In this document: positions 9,209 through 17,899 of the stretch, piece by piece
How positions within the stretch are numbered: position 1 is the stretch's first letter
Layout of the letters: each line of letters opens with the position of its first letter
NCBI GenBank assembly: GCA_965226495.1
Contig: OZ245365.1
Location: 4,320,001-4,384,000, forward strand
Direction: 5' to 3'
Origin: Candidatus Marinacidobacterales bacterium
GTDB lineage: Bacteria > Acidobacteriota > Vicinamibacteria > Marinacidobacterales > DATDRI01
DNA length: 64,000 nt
The notes under the pieces: generated by a model
Databases searched by the model: none
Told to the model about the DNA's origin: nothing
The model's input: the letters and a program-made list of their open reading frames with translations, nothing else
Program-made: the position numbers and the translations under genes

Positions 9209-10993
9209 TCAGCCGGACTCTTCCGGCCCCCTTTTCTGCAGCGATAGGCCGAGCTCGCGGAGCTGTTCATCGGTCACCCCGGATGGCGAGCCGGTCATCA
9301 AATCGAAGGCCGAGGTGGTCTTTGGAAAAGCGATGACATCCCGAAGGCTCGTGCCGCCGGTTGCCACCATCGCCAGCCGGTCGAAGCCAACCGCAATGCC
9401 CCCGTGAGGTGGAGCACCGTACTGGAGCGCATCGAGGAAGAAACCGAACTTCATCTGTGCCTCTTCCTCTCCGATTCTCAGCGCTCGAAAAATGCGCGAT
9501 TGGATATCGGCGCGATGGATACGGATGCTGCCGCTTCCCAGCTCATAGCCACAGCCGACGATGTCATAGGCGAGGGAACGAACCGATCCCGGATCCGACT
9601 CTAGCCTGTCTAGATCATCCGGATGTGGCGAAGTAAAGGGGTGATGACTCGAGCCCCATTCCTTTCGCGTCTGGTCCCACTCGAAGAGAGGAAACTCGGT
9701 GACCCAGCACAAACCCCACGTGGACGTCTTTGTGAGATCCTCCCGCTTACCGACTTCGAGCCTCAGGGCTCCCAAAACGACGGAGGCGGCCCTCGGCTCG
9801 CCTGCAATCAGAAGCAGAAGATCGCCCGGTCCACCCTTCGCTTGCGTGAACGCTTCCTTCAAACGCTCCTCGCCGACATGCTTCGCCAAGGGGGAGCTCA
9901 GCTCGGAGTCGGTCCACCGTGCCCAACCCATCCCGGCCGCGCCCTGCGCCTTGGCGATCTTCTCCAAGCCGTCGATATCCTTTCGAGAGTAGCCGGCACA
10001 TCCGGGAGCGGCGAGCGCTCTCACCGCGCCACCGCCGGACAAAACGCCTTCGAACACTTTGTATCCGGAGCCCGAAAAAACCGTAGAGACATCGGAGATC
10101 TCGACGCCGAAACGCAGATCGGGTTTATCGCTCCCGTAGCGGTCCATCGCCTCTGCCCACGTCAACCTCGGAAACGGGGCGCTCGCTGCGATCCCAACCT
10201 CACGAAGTATGGAAACCAACATACCTTCGACAACCTCGAAGACATCGTCCTGTTCGACGAATGACATCTCGATGTCGATCTGTGTGAACTCCGGCTGACG
10301 ATCGGCGCGAAGATCCTCATCCCGAAAGCAGCGCGCGATCTGAAAGTAACGATCGAAGCCGGCCACCATCAGGATCTGCTTGAAGAGCTGCGGAGATTGA
10401 GGTAACGCGTAGAAAGAACCCTTTTGAGTGCGGCTGGGCACTAGATAGTCCCTCGCCCCCTCCGGTGTGGACTTGGTCAGGAACGGGGTCTCTATCTCGA
10501 GGAAGCCCTCTTTTTCCAAGTGGCGTCGCGTCGCCAAGGCCAAGCGGCTGCGCGTCTGGATGTTCCGAAACAGGCTCGGGCGCCGCAAGTCCAGAAAACG
10601 ATACCTCAACCGAAGCTCTTCGCCGACGTTCACCTCATCGTTGGGAACAAAGGGCGGAGTCTTCGACTCGGAGAGAACACGGAGCTCACTGGCTGCCACT
10701 TCAATCTCGCCGGTGGCCAAGCGCGGGTTGACGGACTCTTTGCCTCTCAATACGACGGTGCCGCGTGCCGCGATAACCCATTCCGAGCCCACTCGCTTCG
10801 CCAACTCGGACGCTTCTTGACTCGCTTCCGGTCGCACCAAGATTTGAGTAACTCCCTCGCGATCGCGGAGATCGATGAACGAGATCCCTCCTAGGTCACG
10901 GACACCATTCACCCATCCCATGAGCACGACTTCGCTCCCGGAATCCGAGGCGCTGAGCGCGCCGCAAGAGTGCGTACGCTTCCAACTAGTCAT
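9209..10993 (-). CDS. aspS: Aspartate--tRNA ligase
   Basis: RTHSCG, FIDLRDREG, LPQSPQLFKQILM, FRDEDLRADRQPEFTQ, GAPPHGGIAVGFDR. Confidence 0.97.
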   Translation of the reverse strand: MTSWKRTHSCGALSASDSGSEVVLMGWVNGVRDLGGISFIDLRDREGVTQILVRPEASQEASELAKRVGSEWVIAARGTVVLRGKESVNPRLATGEIEVAASELRVLSESKTPPFVPNDEVNVGEELRLRYRFLDLRRPSLFRNIQTRSRLALATRRHLEKEGFLEIETPFLTKSTPEGARDYLVPSRTQKGSFYALPQSPQLFKQILMVAGFDRYFQIARCFRDEDLRADRQPEFTQIDIEMSFVEQDDVFEVVEGMLVSILREVGIAASAPFPRLTWAEAMDRYGSDKPDLRFGVEISDVSTVFSGSGYKVFEGVLSGGGAVRALAAPGCAGYSRKDIDGLEKIAKAQGAAGMGWARWTDSELSSPLAKHVGEERLKEAFTQAKGGPGDLLLLIAGEPRAASVVLGALRLEVGKREDLTKTSTWGLCWVTEFPLFEWDQTRKEWGSSHHPFTSPHPDDLDRLESDPGSVRSLAYDIVGCGYELGSGSIRIHRADIQSRIFRALRIGEEEAQMKFGFFLDALQYGAPPHGGIAVGFDRLAMVATGGTSLRDVIAFPKTTSAFDLMTGSPSGVTDEQLRELGLSLQKRGPEESG

Positions 10994-11517
10994 TTCGAAG
11001 TCGAGGGAGAAGTCGAGAGGTATTTGTTCTTGAGCTCGACGTAGTGCTTCGCCGAGTACACCAGGTGCTCGAGCTCGGCTTCGGTCAAAGACCTCGTCAC
11101 GCGTGCGGGAACTCCGCGAGCCAGACTGCGGGGAGGGATCTCTGTTCCCGGCCCCACGACGGCTCCCGCAGCCACGAGAGACTCCGGACCTACCTTGGCG
11201 CCGTCCAGAACGATCGCTCCCATGCCGATGAGGGAACCCTTCATGATGTGACAACCGTGCAAGATCGCACGATGCCCAACTGTGACATCGTCTTCTACGA
11301 CGGTGGCGTGAGTTCCCTCGTTGACGTGAATCACGGTCAGATCTTGAATGTTCGTTCGTGCGCCTATGCGAATGTAATGAACGTCACCACGTATCACCGC
11401 TCCGAACCATACACTCACATCCTCACCGAGCTCAACGTCTCCAATCACTTGAGCGTTCGGCGCAACAAAGACACGCTCACCGCGCCGGGGGTGCTTATCC
11501 CCGAAGGGCGTAATCAA
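10990..11517 (-). CDS. Gamma carbonic anhydrase family protein
   Basis: Hexapeptide repeats; IGDVELG...RGDV...NIQD...TVGHRAILHGC. Confidence 0.92.
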   Translation of the reverse strand: MITPFGDKHPRRGERVFVAPNAQVIGDVELGEDVSVWFGAVIRGDVHYIRIGARTNIQDLTVIHVNEGTHATVVEDDVTVGHRAILHGCHIMKGSLIGMGAIVLDGAKVGPESLVAAGAVVGPGTEIPPRSLARGVPARVTRSLTEAELEHLVYSAKHYVELKNKYLSTSPSTSK

Positions 11518-11520
11518 TAT

Positions 11521-12381
11521 TTATCCTCCTTCTACGGAACGAAGCCAGAGGAGACCTCGTGGAAAATCGTAAGTAACGGATAGGTAGCGGAGTACCGGAG
11601 TCCCAAGTACTCCCACCGGCAGCCCGAGGTAGGGCATCTTGTCCATATCGCCGAGCTCGAAGGTCACCTTTTCGGTCGTAAACCCCCCAACCGTCAATTT
11701 TCCGATCTCCACTCCGACCGCCTTCTTCTCGGCCAGGCCCTGCTTGCGGGCCCATTTGGAGTCGAGAAAGTTGATGGGCGCGGTGGCGTCGACGACGAAG
11801 TAGGCCGAGATCGAGCCATTAATAATGACCTCTACATTAATAGTATTGAGCTCTTGTTCGAAGAAAACGCCGCCCGCCGGCACATCCGGGCTTTCTGGAG
11901 AAGGCTCCAGAAGTAAGAGCTCGCGAGGGTAGTGGATCGTGAGTCGGAACGGGTTGAGGAACGCCCTGCCGATCCTACCGTAGGTGGGATATCCGTCGGC
12001 TCGCGTGATGTTGTCCCCTTCCATCAGGAGGGCCCGAATACCCTTGATGCCGACGTTGCCGATTTCGAGAGTGTCCAAATACACCACCGGGAGCTTTTCT
12101 TTCTCGCCTAGATACTCGATCTCTTGGGTCTCGTTTCGGCTCGCGAGCTGCATGCCGCTGCCTTCGATGAGAAAACCATCGAGCAGAACGTCGGGAACCG
12201 ACGGATCGAGGAGAAGTGGGAACCTTTCACTGCCGTTGACCTGCACTGGAACGATCGGCACTGCCAAGTTCGGAATCATCTCGAAACGGATCCAAGTAGG
12301 AGCTTCGGTTTGTGCTCCTGACACCGCCATCGCCGCGAAGACGGCGCAAGCGATGGTGCAGGAAATCTTCTTCTTAATCAC
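11521..12381 (-). CDS. Secreted two-domain retropepsin-like aspartyl protease family protein (degenerate DTG motifs)
   Basis: VPVQVNG...LLLDPS and VIING...FVVDAT; GVLGTPVLRYLSVTYDF; GTG start overlapping the CDF stop. Confidence 0.65.
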   Translation of the reverse strand: MIKKKISCTIACAVFAAMAVSGAQTEAPTWIRFEMIPNLAVPIVPVQVNGSERFPLLLDPSVPDVLLDGFLIEGSGMQLASRNETQEIEYLGEKEKLPVVYLDTLEIGNVGIKGIRALLMEGDNITRADGYPTYGRIGRAFLNPFRLTIHYPRELLLLEPSPESPDVPAGGVFFEQELNTINVEVIINGSISAYFVVDATAPINFLDSKWARKQGLAEKKAVGVEIGKLTVGGFTTEKVTFELGDMDKMPYLGLPVGVLGTPVLRYLSVTYDFPRGLLWLRSVEGG

Positions 12382-13319
12382 CCGGACGAATCCTTCTTGG
12401 GGTTCGAAATGATCTCGACACCCGTCAGTAGCTCGTCGACTGTCCTTCCCCGCTGGCACTCGAACTGAAAGGTCGTGTGGTTGATGGTGAATTGCTCTTT
12501 CAAGAATTCCTCCGCTTGCTGGGCTAGTTTTTCGGTCTCGCTTACCCTCAGGTCGTCGACATCCAGGTGCGCCGAGAGCGCATACATCCCGGAGGTGATG
12601 CACCAAACGTGCAAGTGGTGCACGCCCCGGATACCCGGGATTCCCCGCAAACCGTCGATCACCTCCTGCATCTTAACGTCGCGCGGTGTCGCTTCGAGCA
12701 AGATTTCTACCGCATCCCAGACGAGACGGAGGGCCCAGAAAAGGATCACCGTGCAAATGACGACCGAGAGAAGAGGGTCGATGACCGTCCATCCGGTCAG
12801 CGAAATGACCACCGCGCCCGCGATGACCGCCACCGAAGAAAATGTATCGGTGAGCAGATGGAAGAACGCGCCTTTGATGTTGAGATCCTTGTGCTTGGCG
12901 CCGCCGAGTATGGCCGCTCCTATCAGGTTGACCACCAGGCCGAGAACCGCGATAAGAAGTAACGGACCGGTGGCGATCGGTACGGGGTTGAAGAAACGAT
13001 CGTACGCCTCGTAAAAGATGACGATCGAAATTACGAAAAGGGTGGCCCCGTTGAAGAGAGCAGCTAGTATTTCCAAGCGATTGAGGCCGTAGGTGCGCCG
13101 GTCGGTAGCCGGCCGCTCGGAAAACAACACCGCCAAGTAGGAGACCCCAAGAGCCAGCAAGTGGGTGAACATGTGGCCGGCATCCGAAAGAAGGGCCAGG
13201 GAGTTAGTGAGAAAACCTCCCACTGCTTCGACGACGAAGGCGGCGCCAGTCAAAACCATCGTCCACATCAGCCGGCGCCGGTTTTGGACGCGGTGGTGGG
13301 TGCTGAATCCGGGGCTCAT
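12378..13319 (-). CDS. Cation diffusion facilitator (CzcD/ZitB-like) transporter
   Basis: SLALLSDAGHMFTH, LNIKGAFFHLLTD, HHLHVWCITSG, HTTFQFE. Confidence 0.93.
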   Translation of the reverse strand: MSPGFSTHHRVQNRRRLMWTMVLTGAAFVVEAVGGFLTNSLALLSDAGHMFTHLLALGVSYLAVLFSERPATDRRTYGLNRLEILAALFNGATLFVISIVIFYEAYDRFFNPVPIATGPLLLIAVLGLVVNLIGAAILGGAKHKDLNIKGAFFHLLTDTFSSVAVIAGAVVISLTGWTVIDPLLSVVICTVILFWALRLVWDAVEILLEATPRDVKMQEVIDGLRGIPGIRGVHHLHVWCITSGMYALSAHLDVDDLRVSETEKLAQQAEEFLKEQFTINHTTFQFECQRGRTVDELLTGVEIISNPKKDSSG

Positions 13320-13453
13320 GGGAATACTCTCGAGGAACGATAACAAACTTAGTTGTTGACCGGCCAGTGGTTTCTGGTCGGCGGGCCGCCGGGCGGAAGG
13401 AATTGGCTCAGCGAATTGCGGTGCCAAGGGAACCCGCCCGTGGTTTTCGGCTC

Positions 13454-13683
13454 GAGCACAGCCGTGAGCCGATGCGGAGTCGCGTAGTCGATGGAGCATC
13501 AGGCGTGGGGGTGGGGCCCCGCGCCATTAATCAAAGAGCGAGAGCCGCGTCTGGGGGTGGGGCCCCAGGCGACTGATTGATTTCCGCGAGCGCTAATAAC
13601 AGCCTTGAGCCCGAGCGTAGCGCGAGCGGAGCGAGTCGCGAAGCGAGTAGCGAGTGGGGGTGGGGTCCCCGCGAGCGCTGATA
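13454..13683 (+). repeat. Cluster of REP-like GGGGGTGGGG(C/T)CCC elements
   Basis: Three GGGGGTGGGG(C/T)CCC cores near 13506, 13553 and 13656; ccgcgagcgct(a/g)ata tail occurs twice. Confidence 0.75.
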
Positions 13684-14160
13684 CAGATGAGATTTAGTGG
13701 GAAACAGTCGATGCCGGCTCTTGAAACCAACCGAAGCTCTGAAGTGACTGGATTGCCCTTTGACCCAAGGGCAGTTCGGCATCGGGACGGTCCGCCTGTC
13801 CGGCCTGTCCGGCCTGTCCGCCTGTCCCGTTGATGCCGCCAAGGAAAGGGGTACCTCCCACAGCCATCGCTCCACCAGGAACTCCAAGTAAGCCGAGCGT
13901 GCGAGGACTTCTTCTACTTCTAGCCAGTCGCGCTTCGGTATCGCTTGAGCCATCGCTGCACCTCTTGTCACTTCGTCTTTCACCCATAGGCAAAGCAAGA
14001 CATATGCCAGAAGGTGAAAACGGCAGGAAGACAGACTGCAACTCATTGAAAGCAAACGGATTTTAATCCATCTGCAAACGTTAGGTGAGGACCTACGCGA
14101 CGAGCGGGATGTCCCCTTTTTTTTACAGCCAGGGACAAAAAGTTTGCGTATCTTTCAATA

Positions 14161-14322
14161 GCAGCCCTGAGCCCGAGCGCAGCGCGAACGCAGTGAGTCG
14201 CGGAGCGAGTAGCGAGCGGGGAGAGCCTTCAGCCGTCGCGCAGGTACCGGTTGCCGAAGCGACGAGCATGGGGGTGGGGCCCCGTGCAACTGAGAGATTG
14301 CGGTCCCCGCGAGCGCTAATAA
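14161..14322 (+). repeat. REP-like element, direct-repeat copy of about 13600-13683 with a nested second element
   Basis: gagcccgagcgcagcgcga...gcgagtagcgag shared with 13608-13654; internal GGGGGTGGGGCCCC; ends ccccgcgagcgctaata. Confidence 0.7.
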
Positions 14323-16478
14323 AAGCCTTTGCCGGATTTCGCTCTCCGAACCAAGGAATCCGGAGGCTGAAAGCGACTCCCGAAACTTCCTTCTCGGGCG
14401 CGGAGTCTATCCACTAGGACGGAAAGACCTACCGAGTCCGCGTAACGAAGCAGTCCCCCGCGGAAGGGCGGGAACCCGATGCCCATGACCATGGCTAGAT
14501 CGAGCTCCTCCGGGCTTCTCACCACGTTCTCCTCGAGAGCGCGTGCCGCTTCGGTGATCATCGAGTCGACGGAACGTTCCACCGCCTCCTTCGAGTCGAT
14601 GGAACGACGTGTTTCGATCCCGAGCAGCTCGAGCACGTCGGGGGCCGGTCTGGGTTTCTTGTCCTCATAGATATAGAGTCCACTCCCGGTCTTCTTGCCG
14701 AGCCTTTTCGAGGCCGCGAGCTTGCCGATGACTCCTGCCGGCGCCGCCCGATCTCCGTATGCGGCAGCTAATACTTTGCTCGCCTTATCCGCCACGTCGA
14801 TTCCGACTTCGTCCAGCAGGCGAAGTGGCCCCATCGGCATACCGAACTCGACGAGCGCTCGATCGATCCCCTCGATGTCACCCGTCTCTAATAAAAGATG
14901 ACAGGCCTCGTTCAGGTAAGGTCCGAGCACTCGGTTCACCAAGAACCCGGGGCCGTCGGCGACCACGACCGGCGTCTTGCCTAACCGCTTAGCCAAAGCG
15001 ACGAACGCGGCAACCGTTTTATCGCTCGTCGCCTCGCCACGGATCACTTCGATCAACGGCATGCGATCGACAGGGTTGAAGAAGTGGAAACCGGCCATGC
15101 GCTCTGGCAGGCCCAACCCGCTCTGCAAGTCGGTTATAGGAAGCGTCGAGGTGTTGGACCCGATGAGGCAGGTATCGGAGATCTCGGGCTCGAGCTCTTC
15201 GAGCACCTTTTTCTTGATCTTCATGTCTTCGATGATCGCCTCGAGAACGACATCGGCCCGTGAGAAACCGCTCCAGTCCAACGTCGGGCTGATGAGACTC
15301 ATCTTCTTGTCGAGCCCCCAAGCGTTCATGCGCCCACGCTTCGCTCGCCGATCATAGATTCGACGGGCAGCGGCCAAACCAGCTCCCAGAGCCTCCGGAC
15401 GCACGTCCTTGAAACGGACCGGTATGTCCCGCGAGGAGAGAGCCCAGGCCATCCCTCCGCCCATGGTTCCCGCGCCGAGAAGTCCCGCCGCCCGCACTTC
15501 CCCGACTTTAGCGACAGACTCGACCGATTTCTCGACACCCGGGTCCTTTTTCGCCTTCTCGGTCAAGAAGAAGAGATGAACCAAATTCTTCGAGACCGGG
15601 CCGACCAGGAGCTCGCTCAGAGCCTCCGCCTCCAATTCGAACGCTCCTTCGAGCTTCATCGCTAAACCGCGGCGGATGACTTCCAATGCCTTGAATGGTG
15701 CCGGATAGTGTCCCTGACTTCGCGCGAGAACTTTCTTGCGAGCCTGCTGGAAGACGACGGCGCGTCCCAGTGGGTTTCCCTCCAGCAACCAACCGCCGAG
15801 TCCGCGCGCCCTTCGCGCCACCTTCTTTCGAAAACGTCCCTGTCGACGAAGCTTCCGAACCAGCTCCACGGCGTGCTTGTCGATCTCGGTATGCGGCACG
15901 GCTCGATCGATAAGACCGATTCTTGCGGCTTTTTTGGCATCGATGTTTCGACCGGTGAGAATGAGCTCCAACGCCTGCTGTAGCCCCACCAAGCGGGGAA
16001 GACGCGTCGACCCACCCCAGGCCGGGATGATCCCCAGGTTCACCTCGGGAAGCCCCATGCCGAAACGCGGGTGATCGGTCCCCAACCGCCCGTGACAAGC
16101 CAGCGCGAGCTCTGTGCCGCCACCCACGCAAACGCCGTCGATGGCGGCAACTGCTGGAAACGGAAGATCCTGGATTTTTTGGAAGATCTCGTGTCCTACG
16201 CGTGAGGCTTTGATGGCATCTTCTCGACGGGTGATCGCTTGGATCTCCTTGACATCGGCGCCCGCAATGAAGATGCCCTCCTTGGCAGAGCGAATGACGA
16301 CGCCTTCGAGGTCGCTACGCCGCGCGAGATCGCTCAAGGTCTCGGCCAGCGACGTCATCACGGAGGACGAGAGTTTATTGACCTTCTCTCCAGGCAGGTC
16401 CAGAGTTAGCCAGCCGATCCCGTCTTCGACCGTCAGTTCGAGGGCCCCGTTTGCGACCTTCGATGTAGCGGAGCTCAT
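14316..16478 (-). CDS. fadJ: Fatty-acid oxidation multifunctional enzyme (enoyl-CoA hydratase / 3-hydroxyacyl-CoA dehydrogenase), FadJ/FadB-like
   Basis: FIAGADV, GGGTELALACH, LPEVNLG, GAGTMGGG, SNTSTL, HFFNPV, GFLVNRVL. Confidence 0.9.
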   Translation of the reverse strand: MSSATSKVANGALELTVEDGIGWLTLDLPGEKVNKLSSSVMTSLAETLSDLARRSDLEGVVIRSAKEGIFIAGADVKEIQAITRREDAIKASRVGHEIFQKIQDLPFPAVAAIDGVCVGGGTELALACHGRLGTDHPRFGMGLPEVNLGIIPAWGGSTRLPRLVGLQQALELILTGRNIDAKKAARIGLIDRAVPHTEIDKHAVELVRKLRRQGRFRKKVARRARGLGGWLLEGNPLGRAVVFQQARKKVLARSQGHYPAPFKALEVIRRGLAMKLEGAFELEAEALSELLVGPVSKNLVHLFFLTEKAKKDPGVEKSVESVAKVGEVRAAGLLGAGTMGGGMAWALSSRDIPVRFKDVRPEALGAGLAAARRIYDRRAKRGRMNAWGLDKKMSLISPTLDWSGFSRADVVLEAIIEDMKIKKKVLEELEPEISDTCLIGSNTSTLPITDLQSGLGLPERMAGFHFFNPVDRMPLIEVIRGEATSDKTVAAFVALAKRLGKTPVVVADGPGFLVNRVLGPYLNEACHLLLETGDIEGIDRALVEFGMPMGPLRLLDEVGIDVADKASKVLAAAYGDRAAPAGVIGKLAASKRLGKKTGSGLYIYEDKKPRPAPDVLELLGIETRRSIDSKEAVERSVDSMITEAARALEENVVRSPEELDLAMVMGIGFPPFRGGLLRYADSVGLSVLVDRLRAREGSFGSRFQPPDSLVRRAKSGKGFY

Positions 16479-16606
16479 TCCCCTAGAACAACTTCCCGTT
16501 ATCCAATCGGAGAGTATAGCAGCCTACACACCTCCAGCGAGGTTCCCTTGCCCGAAAGCGCATGCGGGTGGATAATAGAAGACACGGTTTTTTATCTGTT
16601 GTGGCA

Positions 16607-17785
16607 ATGAAAAAATCCCGCGATTCCCAACGAATGATCAGCCCTATTACGGGCGAGCCGGTCCAGGGTCTGTTCTCTGAAGAGGAACGGACCACCGGTC
16701 TGGCGCGGTTCAAGGAGATCCTCAAAGACCTGGGCTCAGAATTCGTCCAGTGGGTCAAGAACCCCCGCTCGTCCGATGTGGCGCTGAGCCCCCTCACCGG
16801 CGACCGGATGGATGAGCGCCGCTCGGACGAGGATCAGACGAAGGGAGTGGCGCGGCTCTCTGAAATCGCCCGCGATCTGTTCTCGGAGTTCCGCCAGTGG
16901 ATCAAGGACCCGCGCGCTTCTGATCCGGCGCGCAGCCCGCTGACCGGCGCCGCCCGGGCGGACCTCTTCGCGGTCGAGAGCGAGAGCAAACGAGCCCTCG
17001 GATCTCTGGGCGGAGCCTTCGGCGTCTACCTAGGGGTTGCGTTCGTCTACATCCTGTTGCTAGTCGTCCTCCGCTGGATGCCGGACGGGCCGAACCGCCC
17101 CATCGAGGTCAATCTCCCTAACCTCGTGTTCCTGGTCGAGCCGGGACCGGGAGGTGGCGGAGGCGGGGGCGGCAGTGAATCTCCCGAACCGATCTCCGCT
17201 CTGAAAATTGAAGGGGAGGACCAGGCTAAACAGGCCATCGATATCCTCGACGAGGACCAGCTCGTCTTCGAGGAAGAAAAAAAGAAAGAGGAAGAGCCGC
17301 CGGTCGAGGAGGAAGAAGAGAAAAGAGAGATCAAGGCCCCGATCGTGGAAATGTCTCCCGACGATATGGACCAAACGGGGGAGATCGATTCCCCTGAGCA
17401 GCTGGTGGCGTCCGCCGGACCCAAATCGGGCAACGGTATGGGAGAAGGCGTAGGCTCCGGAATCGGCGAAGGTGAAGGCGGAGGCTTCGGTGGCGGGGCG
17501 TATCGATTGGGAACCGGCGTCGTTCCTCCCACGCTTCAACGCCAGGTCCGACCCTCCTATACCGATGAGGCGCTCGCCCGCAAAATTCAAGGAAGCGTGG
17601 AGCTCGAAGTGGTTATCCTTTCCAACGGAACGGTGGGGCCGATCCGGATTATAAGAAGCCTCGATCGTGGCCTGGATCTAAAAGCCATCGAAGCGGTAAG
17701 ACAATGGAAATTCAGGCCGGGCCTCTTTCAAAGCAAGCCCGTGGATGTACTCGCCGTAATTACCGTCGACTTTACTTTGTTGTAA
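16607..17785 (+). CDS. TonB family energy transducer with long repetitive N-terminal extension
   Basis: TM helix, Gly-rich and Glu/Lys-rich linker, C-terminal YTDEALARKIQGSVELEVVI...AIEAVRQWKFRPG. Confidence 0.88.
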   Translation: MKKSRDSQRMISPITGEPVQGLFSEEERTTGLARFKEILKDLGSEFVQWVKNPRSSDVALSPLTGDRMDERRSDEDQTKGVARLSEIARDLFSEFRQWIKDPRASDPARSPLTGAARADLFAVESESKRALGSLGGAFGVYLGVAFVYILLLVVLRWMPDGPNRPIEVNLPNLVFLVEPGPGGGGGGGGSESPEPISALKIEGEDQAKQAIDILDEDQLVFEEEKKKEEEPPVEEEEEKREIKAPIVEMSPDDMDQTGEIDSPEQLVASAGPKSGNGMGEGVGSGIGEGEGGGFGGGAYRLGTGVVPPTLQRQVRPSYTDEALARKIQGSVELEVVILSNGTVGPIRIIRSLDRGLDLKAIEAVRQWKFRPGLFQSKPVDVLAVITVDFTLL

Positions 17786-17792
17786 GAAGGAA

Positions 17793-17893
17793 CCCCTCAC
17801 CCCAGCCCTCTCCCCAAAGGGGAGAGGGTGACTTTAGTTGAAGTTGGCTTCCTTCCGTTTTCCCTCTCCCTCTGGGAGAGGGTAGGGTGAGGG
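17793..17893. repeat. Inverted pair of CCCTCACCC-CCCTCTCCC-GGGAGAGGG palindromic repeats between convergent genes
   Basis: cccctcaccccagccctctccccaaaggggagagggtga ... tccctctccctctgggagagggtagggtgaggg; third copy at 46113-46149. Confidence 0.85.
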
Positions 17894-17899
17894 CCGACC

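Noticed and set aside
10994-11254. N-terminal extension of AspS in the ORF track
   Set aside because: Overlaps the gamma-CA gene; homology starts at MTSWKRTH (10993)
13454-13683. Possible CRISPR array
   Set aside because: Repeats are degenerate and irregularly spaced, no cas genes are present, and the same motif is dispersed elsewhere; fits REP-like elements
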